DNA of 64,000 bases, from NCBI RefSeq assembly GCF_009914755.1, contig NC_060939.1. The stretch is one strand, 5' to 3'. Of this stretch, positions 28,970 through 41,428 are shown piece by piece. Position numbers and translations under genes: made by a program. The notes below the pieces were generated by a model that searched no databases, was not told where the DNA came from, and was given only the letters and a program-made list of their open reading frames with translations. The number at the start of each line of letters is the position of its first letter. The first letter of the stretch is position 1. The stretch is from the human T2T-CHM13v2.0 reference genome, Homo sapiens.

Positions 28970-29345
28970 CTCTTAAAGGTCTCTGTGATTCCTTCTCTGA
29001 GATATAAATTCAGGAATGGGATTGCCAGGTTACAGGGTAGGAACATACTAATCAGGGCTGTGACTAGGATGAAGCATGCAAGGTGCATAGTGCAAAAAGC
29101 CTCGTTTTGAAGTCAGAGATTTAAAGGTATGAATTTAAAGGTACAATTTAAGGGATCACTCCCTCCCACGGTGTCATAAAAATGCAGAGTTTTAGGAACC
29201 TCTCCTAGTTTGCTTTCCAGAATGGCTGGACCCCATGAGCAGTGCATGAGGGCCCCCTCTGTCACCACATCATCACCAGCACTTGGTATTATACATCTTT
29301 CTAGTTTTTGCCGGGTTGATGGGAATATAGTGGCATCTCACTGTC
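28970..29345 (-). mobile_element. Old L1ME-like fragment with a MER81-like MITE inserted at ~29053-29200
   Basis: aggaatgggattgcc...; ttgctttccagaatggctg...caccagcacttggtatt...gtggcatctca; MITE cagggctgtgactagg...aatttaagg. Confidence 0.55.
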
Positions 29346-29804
29346 CTTTCATCTTTTGCCTTTCTACCTTTCACAAGGGCTTTGCAGGTCTGGGCAGATA
29401 GTAGGTACCCTATTAATAAGTGAATGATGGCTTTGAGGAAATTTTCAGGGTGATTCTGACTCTGAAATGGGATGCTGCCTTATTATGCCTATTTTACTAT
29501 AAAGTGAATAATGTAGCATATCTGATATTCACCAATCTTTTACCCCTGAGAAAGATGTGGTTGCACTCAACATAAGAGAGAGCTGAGGCCAAAAGCAGGT
29601 TTTTTTTGACATTCAGTGCTCTTCTCACTATGCCCTGAGTGTCGGTTCCATTGGCACTGATTATTCCATTATGGTGCACATCCTAAACTGCATAGAAATG
29701 CACGCTTCAAGATGGCTACTTCTCATAATGGTGACTGAAGCTGTGTGTATTTGATTTCAAATAGTAGTAATGACAGAAACAAAACCTAAACAACCAAGAA
29801 GCAA

Positions 29805-30025
29805 ACTTTCTATAGCACTTTTTATGAATGAGGTTCTGTACTAAGCGTTTGAAGTATTTTAATGCTTTTATTGCTTGTGACAATTTTATGGGGCATATGT
29901 CCCATTATTATACCCATTTTACAGATGGGAAAACTATGGTGCAGAGAATTTAAGTCTTCCGCAAGATCACAATCACACAATTTATAAATAGTAGAGTCAG
30001 GAAAAATGTACTTGTTCAGGTGCCC
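29805..30025 (-). mobile_element. MIR
   Basis: attattatacccattttacagatgggaaaact...aagatcaca. Confidence 0.8.
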
Positions 30026-32119
30026 AGATGACAAGTATCTGGGGATTTGGAAAAATTTGGAATTTTGGTTTTCTGTACACAAGCAAAGGGATGAGTGCTA
30101 TGTAGGTTTGTGAAAGCCATGACTAATTCCCTTCTGGTAAAGTCAGATCCAACCAAAGATGCAACAGATACAGCTTAATAATAATGCCTCACATTTATGT
30201 AAGGCTGCAAATTCCAAAGTGCTGTGTCACCCGGCAGTTCCATGTCATTCTGTATATTTTTGACTGCGAAAGCAATACATGTTTTAGGATGAAACGTTAT
30301 CTTATAATTCATTTGAAATGGAGGTATTTGAGATGTTGAAGCAATAATCATACCTAATATTGTCCCAGCTTTTCTCCCTAACATCAGTTTAAATGGTCTT
30401 TCAGTTTGGGATTGTTCCCATCTTTGCAGCAATGCCTATGTTCTTTGAATGATAATTTAGGAGCTCAATCCTTGATAAAGCCACTTTTTCAGGTTGAACT
30501 TTCTGATGGTGGTGTGATAAAAAGGAAAGTTTTGGGGGTCAACAGGTGGACCAAGGATGGAGTCTGACCTTCAGACTTGTTTTATTTGTCCTCATCATGT
30601 TTTATACTTTAGGAATTTCACATTAATATCTAGATTTCTGGCTTATTTTGAAAAAAATCACAAGAGCCAGCAGCTTGAGTCTGCATCCCTGAATGAATCT
30701 ATTCCATCTGCTGAAGATGAACGGAAGCAACTCTCTTAGGTGGGATCTGTGGTCTCCAGTTTCTCAGTGTCACCACCACACCTGCTCCCCCCACCTCTCC
30801 CTCTGCAGCCCCAACTCCTTTCTCTCATGGCTGGTGTATTTCATTCATTTATGAAAGCTGCCTGACTTCTGTGGGCGTTCATATTTCCAATCCCTGTTTT
30901 AAGAGATATCTTGTAGATGAGAATTCAGAACTTGCTTGGAAGTTACTAGGCCCCTCAACCCCCAAGTAAGTTTGGCGAGGGACAAAGGGAATGTGGGAAT
31001 GCTGGGGAATAAGTGGGTGGTTGAGGCAGAGGCAGAGGAAGAGGTGAGGTCAGGAAAAAGTGGAGGCATCTTTGAAGTGAAGCTCCTTGAAACTTGTTCT
31101 GCTTTAGATCAAAGAGGGACATTTTGCACGGGCTGTCTCCTGATGGGAATGGTGAATGAGAATACTGATTCCAACAGTAGGTTTCCAGCTAGAGACAGTC
31201 AAGGCTAGAGATGGGAGACTGGTTGGGAGACGATCACATGAATTTCATGACTTCAAGTCAAATACAATTCTGTTATTGAATGCTGTGAAGGAAAAGTGAT
31301 GGAGTGCCCACATTTGTGATGATTCTACCACATCCCTCCCCAGACTTCTTTGCCCACCTCTCTTCTGCATGTTAAGGGAGAGAGCTGCCTCCTCCTAATG
31401 GGTGTGGTGTGGAGCAGCCTCTTTGGAGCCGGTGAGCAGTGAATTTAGAGGCTTACATTCCCTCACTGTGTAATAAACAAGTCCTGGGTTGTGCGACTCA
31501 AGACCCTGCTCTGAGTTTTTTTAGGGGCTGCATCAGGCTCTCTAAAGTGATTATATCCTAAGAAGCCAAAAACCTAGAGTTTGGAGATTCACAGATGGAG
31601 GGAAATGTTCAGTTCTTGGGCCACCTTTGCTCAGAACTTCCATGGAGAACAATCTCATGACATGTTGGTTAGAGGACAGCCCATAGACAATGAGAGTCCT
31701 TCGTTTTATTATTATTGTTGCCAGGGAGACCTTCATTATACTCACAGGGCTCTACCTTAGGAGCTAGTGCCCGAAGTATCTATAATATTAAAATAAGAAA
31801 TGAACTTTCTTATCTGAGAGATTAGACAAAATCTTACAGAATTTTGCCAGCAGAAAGCTCTTTCTTGGCTCAGGCCAGTTGTTCTTCTAGAAGCTGCCTA
31901 AATTAGGCAGCTTTGTATCCAGCTTTGTATCTGATTAGTCTATTAACACATGCTCAGGACGTCTTCTCATAGAAACTTAGCGTTTTGATGACGCTTTGTA
32001 ATTTGTAGGTGAGGTGGTGGTTTCTGGCATCATATTATAGCAGCAAGGTCTTTTGCTTAAATCCATGGGAGTGGGATGTTCATTTGTCTGGAATGTGCAA
32101 GGGAAGACACTTTCTGTCT

Positions 32120-32390
32120 AGCTTCTGTGCCTTTGAACATGCCATTCATTCTGTCTACAATTCCGTCCCTCCATCTGCATGAGGCCGACTTCTATTTGTC
32201 CTTCAAAAGTCAGCCCACGTGTCCTTGCTCAAGAAACCTTCCTGACTGCGGTGCTGCTCTCCTTCCACCTGCGTGTTCCTCTAGTGCTAGGGTCTATCTC
32301 TATTTAGCATTAATTCATCTGTAATTTCTGCGTGTCTCCCCAAACAACCAATCTGCAAGCCCCTTGAGGGCAGGACTATGTCTTGTTCTT
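32120..32390 (+). mobile_element. L2 3' region
   Basis: gcctttgaacatgccatt...tccttcaa...aaccttcctgac...ccttgagggcagga. Confidence 0.7.
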
Positions 32391-32649
32391 TAAAGGAGGA
32401 TTTTCCCAGCCAGATCCTTCCCGTCCCCCAGCTCACTCCCTGCCTGGGTCAGATGCCTCTTTTCTGGGTTTTCCCTCAGTGGTACTGACCCTAGATTGGA
32501 TCATCTATTCAGGGGTCTCCATCCGGACTGCACCTTCCTCCCTTGTCTTTGTACCCGAGCACCTCTGTCCTAATGCTTGACATATTGAATGTAGATGATT
32601 GACTTGTTCTGGCCTGCCTGGGACTTTCCTGCTTTTAAAACAAAACTTC

Positions 32650-33238
32650 ACAATTCCACTCCTAGGTATATACCCCAAAGAATTGAAAACGTACTCAAAC
32701 AAATACATGTACACCCGTGTTCACAGCAGCACTATTCACAATAGCCAAAAGTGGAAACAGCCCAAATGTTCATTAGTGGATGAGTGGAGAAACAAAATAT
32801 GGTATAACCACATGATGGAATCTTATTCAGCCATTCTTATGGCTGAGTAAGAATGGAATGGAATACTGATACATGCTACAATGTGGATGAACCTCAAAAA
32901 CATGCTAAATCAAAGAGGCCGGACATGGAAGGCCACATTTTGTATGATTCAATTGATATGCGATGTCTAGTAGGCAATACCATAGAGACAGAATGCAGAT
33001 TGGAGGTTGCCAGGGGCTGAGAGGTGGAGGACAAATGGAGAGTGACTGCTTAAGGGGGTACAGAGTATCCTTTTGGGATGATGAAAACATTTTGGAAGTA
33101 GATGGCTGTTGCGCAACATTGTTACTGTACTAAATAAATGTCACTGGATTGTTCACTTTAAAATGGTGATACGCATTTCATTTTATATGCATTTTGTTTT
33201 TATGTTATATGCATTTTATTTCAACAACAATTAAAAAA
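32650..33238 (+). mobile_element. L1MB-type 3' end
   Basis: caattccactcctaggtatatacccc...gatacatgctacaa...ggttgccaggggctg...cactttaaaatggt. Confidence 0.9.
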
Positions 33239-33267
33239 TCTGAATCTTTTGTGAACTGGGATAGTTG

Positions 33268-33669
33268 GTGAGTTACACCATTTTGCGTTGCCAAAAAGGA
33301 ATACCTGAGGCTGCGTAATTTATGAAGAAAAGAGGTTTAATTGGCTCACGGTTTAGTTCCCCAGGCTGTACAAGCGTGGTTCCAACATTTGCTTCTGGTG
33401 AGGGCCTCAGGAAGCTTACAATCAAGGCAGAGGCAAAGCAGGAGCTGACATCCCATGGTGAGAGCATGGGGAGGTGCCACACTCTTTTAAACAACCAGAT
33501 CTTGTGTGACCTGAAAGTGAACTCACTCATATACTGCAAGGAGGGCACCAAGCCATCCATGAGGGATCCACTCCCATGACACAAACACCCCCCACCAGGC
33601 CCCACCTCCAACACTGGGGATTACTTTTCAACATAAGATTTGAAGGGGACAAACATCCAAACTGTATCG
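33268..33669 (-). mobile_element. MSTB-like MaLR LTR
   Basis: aaggaatacctgaggctg...aagaaaagaggtttaattggctcacggtt...aggccccacctccaacactggggatta...acatccaaactgtatc. Confidence 0.9.
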
Positions 33670-34357
33670 GCTGGTCATCCTGATTGTAGGGGATATATAA
33701 TTATCTGTTGAAAGAGAGGCTAAAGAGAAAGGGAAGGCTGCTTCCTCAGTGAAGTCAAACCTAAGACCTTTTAAAGCTCTTAAAGTGGAATTGCCTAGTG
33801 GCAGGGGTGGAAGGCCATGCCGCCCTGACTCCCCTCAGCTTGATCTTTTGTTTGGGGGCCCCCAGACAGACGTTGTGGCCTCCAAACTGGCTCCCGGGAG
33901 GCCCTGAGCCTTTTTTCAATGCTCTGGCCCAGTGTGAACAAAGCTCCCTCTGGTTCCCTATGACCCAGCTGAGAGTAGCCTGGATCTTGAAAGACAGGCT
34001 TTATTCAATTTTAGAAGAGAATGAAAGAGAAGTAAACATAGAAGAGGTATTTATATAGCACGGACTTCTCCTCTTACTGTTGTTACCTTTCTTGGAGAGG
34101 TTTGCAAGCTCATGCTTGCCCCACGTTATTGCAGGAGGAAAAAGGAAATGCCCCAGACATTTCCAGCACTGAACCCTCTATTAGAATAAGCACATTAGAA
34201 AAGCTTCCTCTTTGTTCTTTCAGGCTGGGGTGTCCTAATAAAGACCTCCAAGGCAGACAGTGTGTGTGGGCGGGGGTGAGCGGGGGACGGTGGCTCTTCT
34301 GACATCTCCAAGACCTCCAGGAAGTTCTGGGGGAGAGGGGGCTTTAGCTTCTTCTTC

Positions 34358-34653
34358 TTTTTTTTTTTTTTTTAAAGATAGTCTCGCTCTGTCGCCCAGA
34401 CTGGAGTGCAGTGGAGTGATCTTGGCTCACTGCAACCTCCGCCTCTAGGGTTCAAGTGATTCTCCTGCCTCAGCCTCTCAAGTAGCTGGGATTACAGGCG
34501 CGTGCCACCACACCCGGCTAATTTTATATTTTTAGTAAAGACGGGGTTTCACAATGTCGGCCAGGCTGGTCTCGAACTCCTGACCTCAGGTGATCCATCC
34601 GCCATGGCCTCCCAAAGTGCTGGGATTACAGGGGTGAGCCACCACACCCAGCC
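34358..34653 (-). mobile_element. AluSx-like
   Basis: Antisense full-length Alu with ctgacctcaggtgatcc. Confidence 0.93.
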
Positions 34654-35186
34654 ACTTGGGCTGTTTCTTCCATAAGGCTCTTCTGTAAGGGGTTTTACTC
34701 TGTACGATTTTACTTTCCAGATGGGCGAGAGACTGAAAAGGCAAGTTTGAGATCCTGGAGAGAGAACCACTTTGAAGACGGTGAATTCTGGAGGGAGCCT
34801 GGTCTGCAGAGGTGTGTGGCCTCGGTGGATGGAACTGTTCCTACCTGTGCATAGGATTGACTGTTCTTGCTCCTGGTAAGGTCACGGGCATTGGGTCTTC
34901 TCTGGGTGAGTGCTGGCTTCTACTTGCCTTTCATACACTGGCAGTCACATGCACACTGTGTGTCCACAACGGAGGAGGAGATGGCTGTGTTTCTCATTGC
35001 TCTCAGGGTTGCCTTTGTGCAGGGTACCATGGTAACTCTGCCTTAACCCTAGCGAGCAGAGGACAGGAGAATAAAAACACATGCAAAGGAACCCAGGAGC
35101 TGGAGAGGAGGAATCCACAAAACACACAGAAGGAGTACCTGAAATAGAGTGGCCAGAATAGACAACTTCAGCTAAAATTAAAAACG

Positions 35187-35610
35187 TATATTCATTTCCT
35201 AGGACTGCTGTAACAAATCATCACAAACATGGTGGTTTAAAACAACAGTGATTTATTCTTTTACAGTTCTGGAGGCCAGAAGTCCAAAACCAAGGAGTCA
35301 GCAGGGCTATGCTTCCTCTGAAGTTTCTAGGGGCCCACCTGTCCTTGCCTCTTCCTGCTTCTGGTGACTCCTGGTGTTGCTTGGCTTGTGGTAGCATCAC
35401 TTCAACCTCTGCCTCCATTGCCACATGGCCTTCATTTCTGTGTATATCTGTGTATCCTCTCTCTCTCTCTTTTTAAAAATGAGGACATCAGTCATTGGAT
35501 TAGGGCCCACCCTAATCCAGTAGGACAACTTTTAAACATCTGCAAAGACACTGTTTCCAAATAAGGTCACATTTCAAGTTCTGGGTGGACATGACTTCCA
35601 ACCTACTGCA
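35187..35610 (-). mobile_element. MLT1C-like MaLR LTR
   Basis: ctgctgtaacaaat...cagttctggaggccagaagtcc...ggattagggcccaccctaatcc...ttccaaataaggtcaca. Confidence 0.88.
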
Positions 35611-35614
35611 CTAT

Positions 35615-36062
35615 GCGAGGATATTTAAGTATTGAAGAAAAAGACTCTTTGGTACCAAAAACATATAGTTTGCCAACTAAAAAATCTGATATATGAATCA
35701 AATGAGAAGATGAGACCTCAATCGGTGGCCTTGGAAGATCAGGAAGAAATAACTGGAACAGAACAAAAATATAAAGAGAGGGAACTCTCATGGGACAAGA
35801 TGAGAGACTTGAAAAATAGGTCCAGGAGCTCCAACATTGGTTCCACAAAACAAAAAAGAAACAGAATTAAATAGCTAAATAAATAAATAAATAAAAATAA
35901 AAGCAAAACATTTCTAAAGTGGAAACAAATTCTTTGAATCTTCACATCAAGAGTTTTCACCAAACTCCAGACAAGGATATAGAATTCAGACAGATTTATG
36001 CATAACCTGGTAAAATTTCTGGTAAACCTTGAGGATAAAGAAAGTCTCACAAGCTAACAGAC
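35615..36062 (+). mobile_element. Ancient L1/HAL1 ORF1-like remnant
   Basis: Translation contains KMRDLKNRSRSSNI, like the ORF1p D(L/M)E.RSRR.N(I/L) motif; A-rich plus strand. Confidence 0.6.
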
Positions 36063-36744
36063 CCAAGAACTCAGCCCAAGGAATATTTCCTCACACATTC
36101 TCTACTTCTCTATTGGCTGGCTTGTGAAACCATTTGTTATTATGTAATTTTCCATGTTTCCTTGACAAGTTTGCAAGACTTTGATAGCAGGAAGGATGCT
36201 TTACTTAGCTGTCCATCTGTTCTAACATCTGGAAATGCAAAAAGTTGACGCACAAGACAGGAGAACTAGGATACCCTGACATTCTGTGTACGGTAGTCTA
36301 AGAGGCACACAGGTATCATTCAGAACAACGTGGACTACGATAGTGCTAATGGCCACGTGCTCTTGCCTTGTTCTAAAGAGAGTCTCAGCTTAGATTGGGA
36401 AAGCCTGTGGCTTAACTGGAATATTCAGGAAGAGGTGGTGATAGAAGAAAAGGAAGTCCTACGTAGCATAGCTGGACCAGGGAAACCAACCTGTCATCCT
36501 CCAGTCGACTTCACCCTCAAGTATAACATCACCCTCAGGCTGCACTCTCAAAGGCAAGGCCAAGAGAGCCAGGGTCCTGCCTCTTAGCATAAAAAATGTC
36601 CAAGAGATAGGCAGAGACAGTCAGCTTTGTAGCTTCCAAGGTAGAGCCTGAGACCCTGGTTTGTGTTTGGGCTAATCAGGAAAATGGGCACAAACCCAGG
36701 CATATGCGTGGGGTAAAAAGGTAGGAGTTAAAAAAGGCAGCAGT

Positions 36745-37052
36745 GGCCAGGCATGGTGGCTCGCGCCTGCAATCCCAGCACTTTGGGAGGCCGAGGCAGG
36801 CGGATCACTTGAGGTTAGGAGTTTGAGAGGAGCCTGGCCAACATGGTGAAACCCCATCATCTCCACTAAAATTACAAACATCAGCCAGGTGTGGTGGAGG
36901 ACACCTGTAATCCCAGCTACTCGCGAGGTTGAGGCACGAGAATTGCTTGAACCTGGAAGGTGGAGGTTGTAGGGAGCTGAGATTTCACCACTGCACTCCA
37001 GCCTGGGCAACAAAGTGAGACTCTGTCTCAAAAAACAAACAAACAAAAAAAA
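36745..37052 (+). mobile_element. AluS (Sz-like)
   Basis: Full-length sense Alu with ggatcacttgagg; TSD-like aaaag(gc/t)agcag. Confidence 0.93.
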
Positions 37053-38194
37053 GTAGCAGCTAGGCTGGCAAAGCAGATACCCAGGACACCCCAGTTTTAC
37101 ATCAGGGTCTTAGGAGTTACACAGGCCTGTGTTTGATCCCTAGCTTCTCTACTCACCTGCAGTGCAAAACTGGACAAATGCCTGCACTCAAAAAGCTGTC
37201 TTGAGGGTAATGATTCTTAAATAAACAAAATTAAAAAAATCAAAGTGCTGGTACAGTAATAGGTGCACAGCAAAAGCTTGAATGATATTTTTTATTCATG
37301 TTTGTTTATTTCTATTTTTAAAATAGTGATAAGGCTATGTCCAGATTTCGCCTCTACTGGGGCCTGGATGGCTCCTGTCTGCTCCATCTAGGTTGGGCTG
37401 ACTCAGCACTGGCTGGAGGGACTGAGGTTTAAGTGCTGGTTCCCATCCCAGGAGGGAGGAGAGCTGCGAGGGAGGGTGGACCTGACACCCTCATTTAGCC
37501 GAGCCACACATCAGATAGAAAAGTGGAAATCACTGCTCTCCAGTTTTGGCTCTTTATTTTGAAATTATGACATGGGCCTCCAAGGTTCATCCCCTGAAGG
37601 CCTTTGCACACACTTCTCTCATTATCTCTCCTTGCCAAGAAAATAGATTTCCAGCTCACGGTTGACATGTGAATGTGCATGTCTTTTCTCCATGCAAAAA
37701 CGTAAGGGTACCAAGCACCATTGTTAGCTGTTTTTTTTTTTTTTTTTAATCCATAGATTCATTCAATAAATACTGACCTTTTTAACTCTGTGGAATACAT
37801 TGAAGTTAGTTTTGTGGAAGACCCAGAAATGAGTAAGATATAATCTTAACTCACAAGGTAGTCACTTACTACTAGGGGAAGAGGAAAAATATACAGAAAG
37901 ATGGAAAGTGATACAGACTGTGAGGCAAACAAATAGGTTGCTAGGGGAGGCTGGAGGCTGGCGCAAGCCCTTCCAGCTGAACAGAATCAGGCAGCTGCGT
38001 CTGGTACTAAGACTTGCCATATTCTTGTTGGGCTAGAGACTGAGTAGTGGCTTATCTATAGATCATCCCTTTATTTATCATAATAACCTAAAGAAGTAGG
38101 TTCTAAAACTAAGGCTGAGCAAGATTAGAGGTGTTAAGTGAGTTACCCAAAGACACGGGATGAGTAAGGGGCTGATGTGGGATTCTCACCTGGG

Positions 38195-38725
38195 GTCATG
38201 TCACTTTTCTTCTTAAAGCCCTCCAATAGTGTCTCTTCCCACTCAAAATAGAATCCAAATTCTTTTTCCTGAACTACAAGATTCTGCACGACCAGGGCCC
38301 TGCCTGCTTCTCAAACCTTATCTGCACCATCTCCTTCTAAGCCGACATGCTCCAGCCATTCTCACGTTCTTATAGTTTCTCAGACCCACCAAACATGCCC
38401 TTCACCTAAGCCTTTGCATTGCACCTTTGCTTTATTTGGAATGCTTTTCCTTCAGATCGGTATGAAGTGGTTTCCTTGCACGTCTCGCCTCTAATCCCCC
38501 TCTCAGTGAGGCCTTGCTGGGCCACCCGAGTCTCTAGTTATTCTCGATTGTCTATGCCATGTTTTATTTTCCTCCTAGCACATATCATCTCCAGATATTT
38601 TCTTTCATCACTCCCTTTTAGAATGACTGCCCCACGAGGGCAGCACCTGGCCTGTCTCCTATACCACACTCAGGGCAGTCCCAGCTCATGGTCTGCTCTC
38701 GATAGATGGATATCAATTAGTGAAA
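38195..38725 (+). mobile_element. L2 3' region (MIR immediately upstream, ~38060-38195)
   Basis: catgtcact...cttaaagccctccaat...aatccaaattc...gcctttgca...ggaatgcttttcc...ccacgagggcag. Confidence 0.75.
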
Positions 38726-40004
38726 CGCTAAATAGCAGGTCCCAGAATTGGGTGTGGAGGGCATTGTAGAGCAGAGACTTAGCTTCAAATGTCAGGCTAA
38801 AGAGTTTTAGTTGGATTTACTGAAGTGCCTTTTTGGCAAAGGCATTAAACCATGAGAGTAAGGTTTATATTATTTTGGAATTGAGGCAACTGCTATCATT
38901 GTTTTAAAAATGTTTTATGAATCTTGATTGGAAGGACCCTTTTACTTTTGTAGACATTTTGTTTTTGATCATGCACAATTTCCTTTTGCTGGAAGAGGCA
39001 GAACAAGGGGAAGAAGCTTGAGTGATGAGGCAACAAGCCTCTCACCCACAGTGCCCAGGCCGGAACTCAGGCATGGAAAACCATGCTTCAAAGAGGGCGT
39101 CTGAGGTTGACCTGATCATCCAAGCCATGGAGGGGAGATCTGGAGTTTAATGAATGAGAAGTACAGAGAGGGCAAGTCAAGACCAGCCATAAGGAAGAGA
39201 CCAGGCACGTGGGGCCTGGGACATCAGGGAAGATGTCTTTACTCTGGGGAATACGCCAGTTATGTTAAAGGAAGTCATCTGGATTCCCTTGGCAGGGGGA
39301 GAGAGCTTTCTTATGACTGCAGCTGGCATTCCCTCTAGAAAGAGTCTTTCCTTCCACTCCAGTTTGCATACAGCTCTTCCAAGTTGTGGCCAAAGGACGG
39401 CTGCCCTGGCTTTAGAATGACTTCCTCGAAGCCAGTGTTTCTCAGGCTTTTCCATCAAAGGTGCCACCCTATGGGAAGAGCCCTGCAAAGTTGGCCCCAG
39501 GCATGAAATTTCTTGGAATATTTCCATGTTTTATTTGAAAACTATTTATGTGAATTTTGCATTTTATATTCATATCTGTTTGAATATCAAATCATGTTTG
39601 AAATGATCAGTGGGTAAAAAATGTAATCATTTTATTTTTAAAAACCAAATCTTTGAATGAAATGGATTTCTTTGAATAACACTTTATTAAAATTAAAAAG
39701 TGTAGATAGCATGATCTGTATACTCTGAGGCTTTTTGTGCCTCCATGTTCCTCTTGGAAGAGTTGAGTTGAGGCCACAGGAAGGACAACTCGAAGTAGCT
39801 CTTGGCTCTGATGGTTCACAGATCTGGGAGAATCTGTGCTGCCAGGACTTGGCCATGCTGCTCACTAACTGACTGCACCAGAACAACTCCCAGATAGAGA
39901 AGGCTTGTTTCCTAGTAGTTGAGAGCCGTGAAATGGCGAGACATGAAAGAAGCATTGGACTAGGTTAACTCTCATCAGTGTCTTTGTTTATGAGTCTAGA
40001 TGGG

Positions 40005-40230
40005 GCTGGCAGATGCCTCACATCAGCATTATTTAGACATTAAGCGATTCTAATTGGAGATTAACATGTGTCCTCATCACAGTTGACCTTATTTATGGAG
40101 TGGCTGACATCTGAATGTCAAATTTGCATCAGTGACTTCTCTCCTCTAATAACCACTTTAATATGTAAATAACAAATTTGCAGCAGGGAAAAATATACAT
40201 GATATTCTGATGATTGCTCAGAAGATGGCT
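40005..40230. promoter_or_regulatory. Candidate enhancer / conserved non-coding element
   Basis: No recognisable repeat; octamer ATTTGCAT at 40122-40129, TGACA-n6-TGTCA, TTTATGG, TGTAAATA, CTAATTG. Confidence 0.3.
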
Positions 40231-40574
40231 TCCTTCTGTACATGAAGAAGGGAGGGCAGGTGGATTCCTCCTTTTAATTAGGAGACATTGGCTAAAAGAT
40301 AGAGCCAGAAAAAAAAGGACACACTTTACCTTAGATCAGCAGACATGTAGAGTTCCTAGGTTTTTAATATACTTGGCTAAGGACAGGGGGGAGACCCTAC
40401 TTAAAGACAAGAGAACTAAGCTCTGGCCTCAGAAAACTTGAAGCTGTTATAAGATAGACTAAGAAAGTGTACAAATCAGTATATGTCACAGAACTATGTG
40501 ATAAAATCATGAGGGAGAGGTACAAGTAACACTATTTTGTGGTTGTCTCATTGGAAGGACACCTGGAAAAGTGG

Positions 40575-41010
40575 TGTATTAAATAGGAATGTGATTGTCT
40601 CCAAAGCCCAGTGAGCCCTATGACTGTGACTTCAATGAAAACCTCTGAGTTGTCTCCTTCTATGAGAAGTCTTGGGTATGTGGTCCAGGCAGGCACAATG
40701 ACTCTCTAGGGCCCCAGAAACCTAGGCTCTTCCTAGCATTCCCACTTTACCACTTTTAATGTGAAGGGCTTGGTGCTGTGTTTGTCGCCTTGTGGTTGCA
40801 AGAGGGCTGCTTCATCTCTAGACCTCAAGTCCACATTCCAGGTTAGAAGAAGGAAATGGGAAGGGCGAAGGAACAAAAAGGCCTCTCTTCAAGAACTTTA
40901 TTATTATTATTTTATTTTAAATTATGGAAGGGAAGCCCTTCTTATCAGACTTCTGACTTTATCTTATTGGCCAGAACTGTGTCACAGGCCAGCCCTAGTT
41001 GGAAGTATCC
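40575..41010 (-). mobile_element. Old MLT1 (J/K-like) LTR
   Basis: tggttgcaaga...tccacattccagg...ttattggccagaactgtgtcaca. Confidence 0.55.
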
Positions 41011-41191
41011 AGGGAGGAGAGGATTGTGAGTGGGATTTGGGTAAACAGTGGTGTCTGCCTGCCAGAGGTACACTGGAGGAGGCAGAAGGCAGTGAGGCTA
41101 CAGTATATGGGTGAAGATTTCATCAGGTATGTGTGTGCCTATTTCTCATCAGTTTAGGCTGCTGTAACAAATTATTATAGAATGGGTGACT

Positions 41192-41337
41192 TAAACAATA
41201 GAAACAGTTCTGGAGGTTGGGAAGTCCACGATCGTGGTGATAGCATGACTGGGTTCTGGTAAGGTAAACAACAGAAACAGTTCTGGAGGTTGGGAAGTCC
41301 ACGATCGTGGTGATAGCATGACTGGGTTCTGGTGAGG
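41192..41337. repeat. 73-bp tandem duplication (2 copies, 2 mismatches)
   Basis: 41192-41264 vs 41265-41337, compared directly. Confidence 0.95.
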
Positions 41338-41428
41338 GCCCACTTCCTGGTTTAAAGTTGACATCTTCAAACTGTGTCCTCACATGACAGAGAGAGAGAG
41401 CTCTCTTGCATTTCTTTAAGGGCAGTAA

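Noticed and set aside
41192-41337. Palindrome-containing direct repeats as a CRISPR-like array
   Set aside because: Two abutting copies with no spacers, inside a mammalian LTR, and no cas genes
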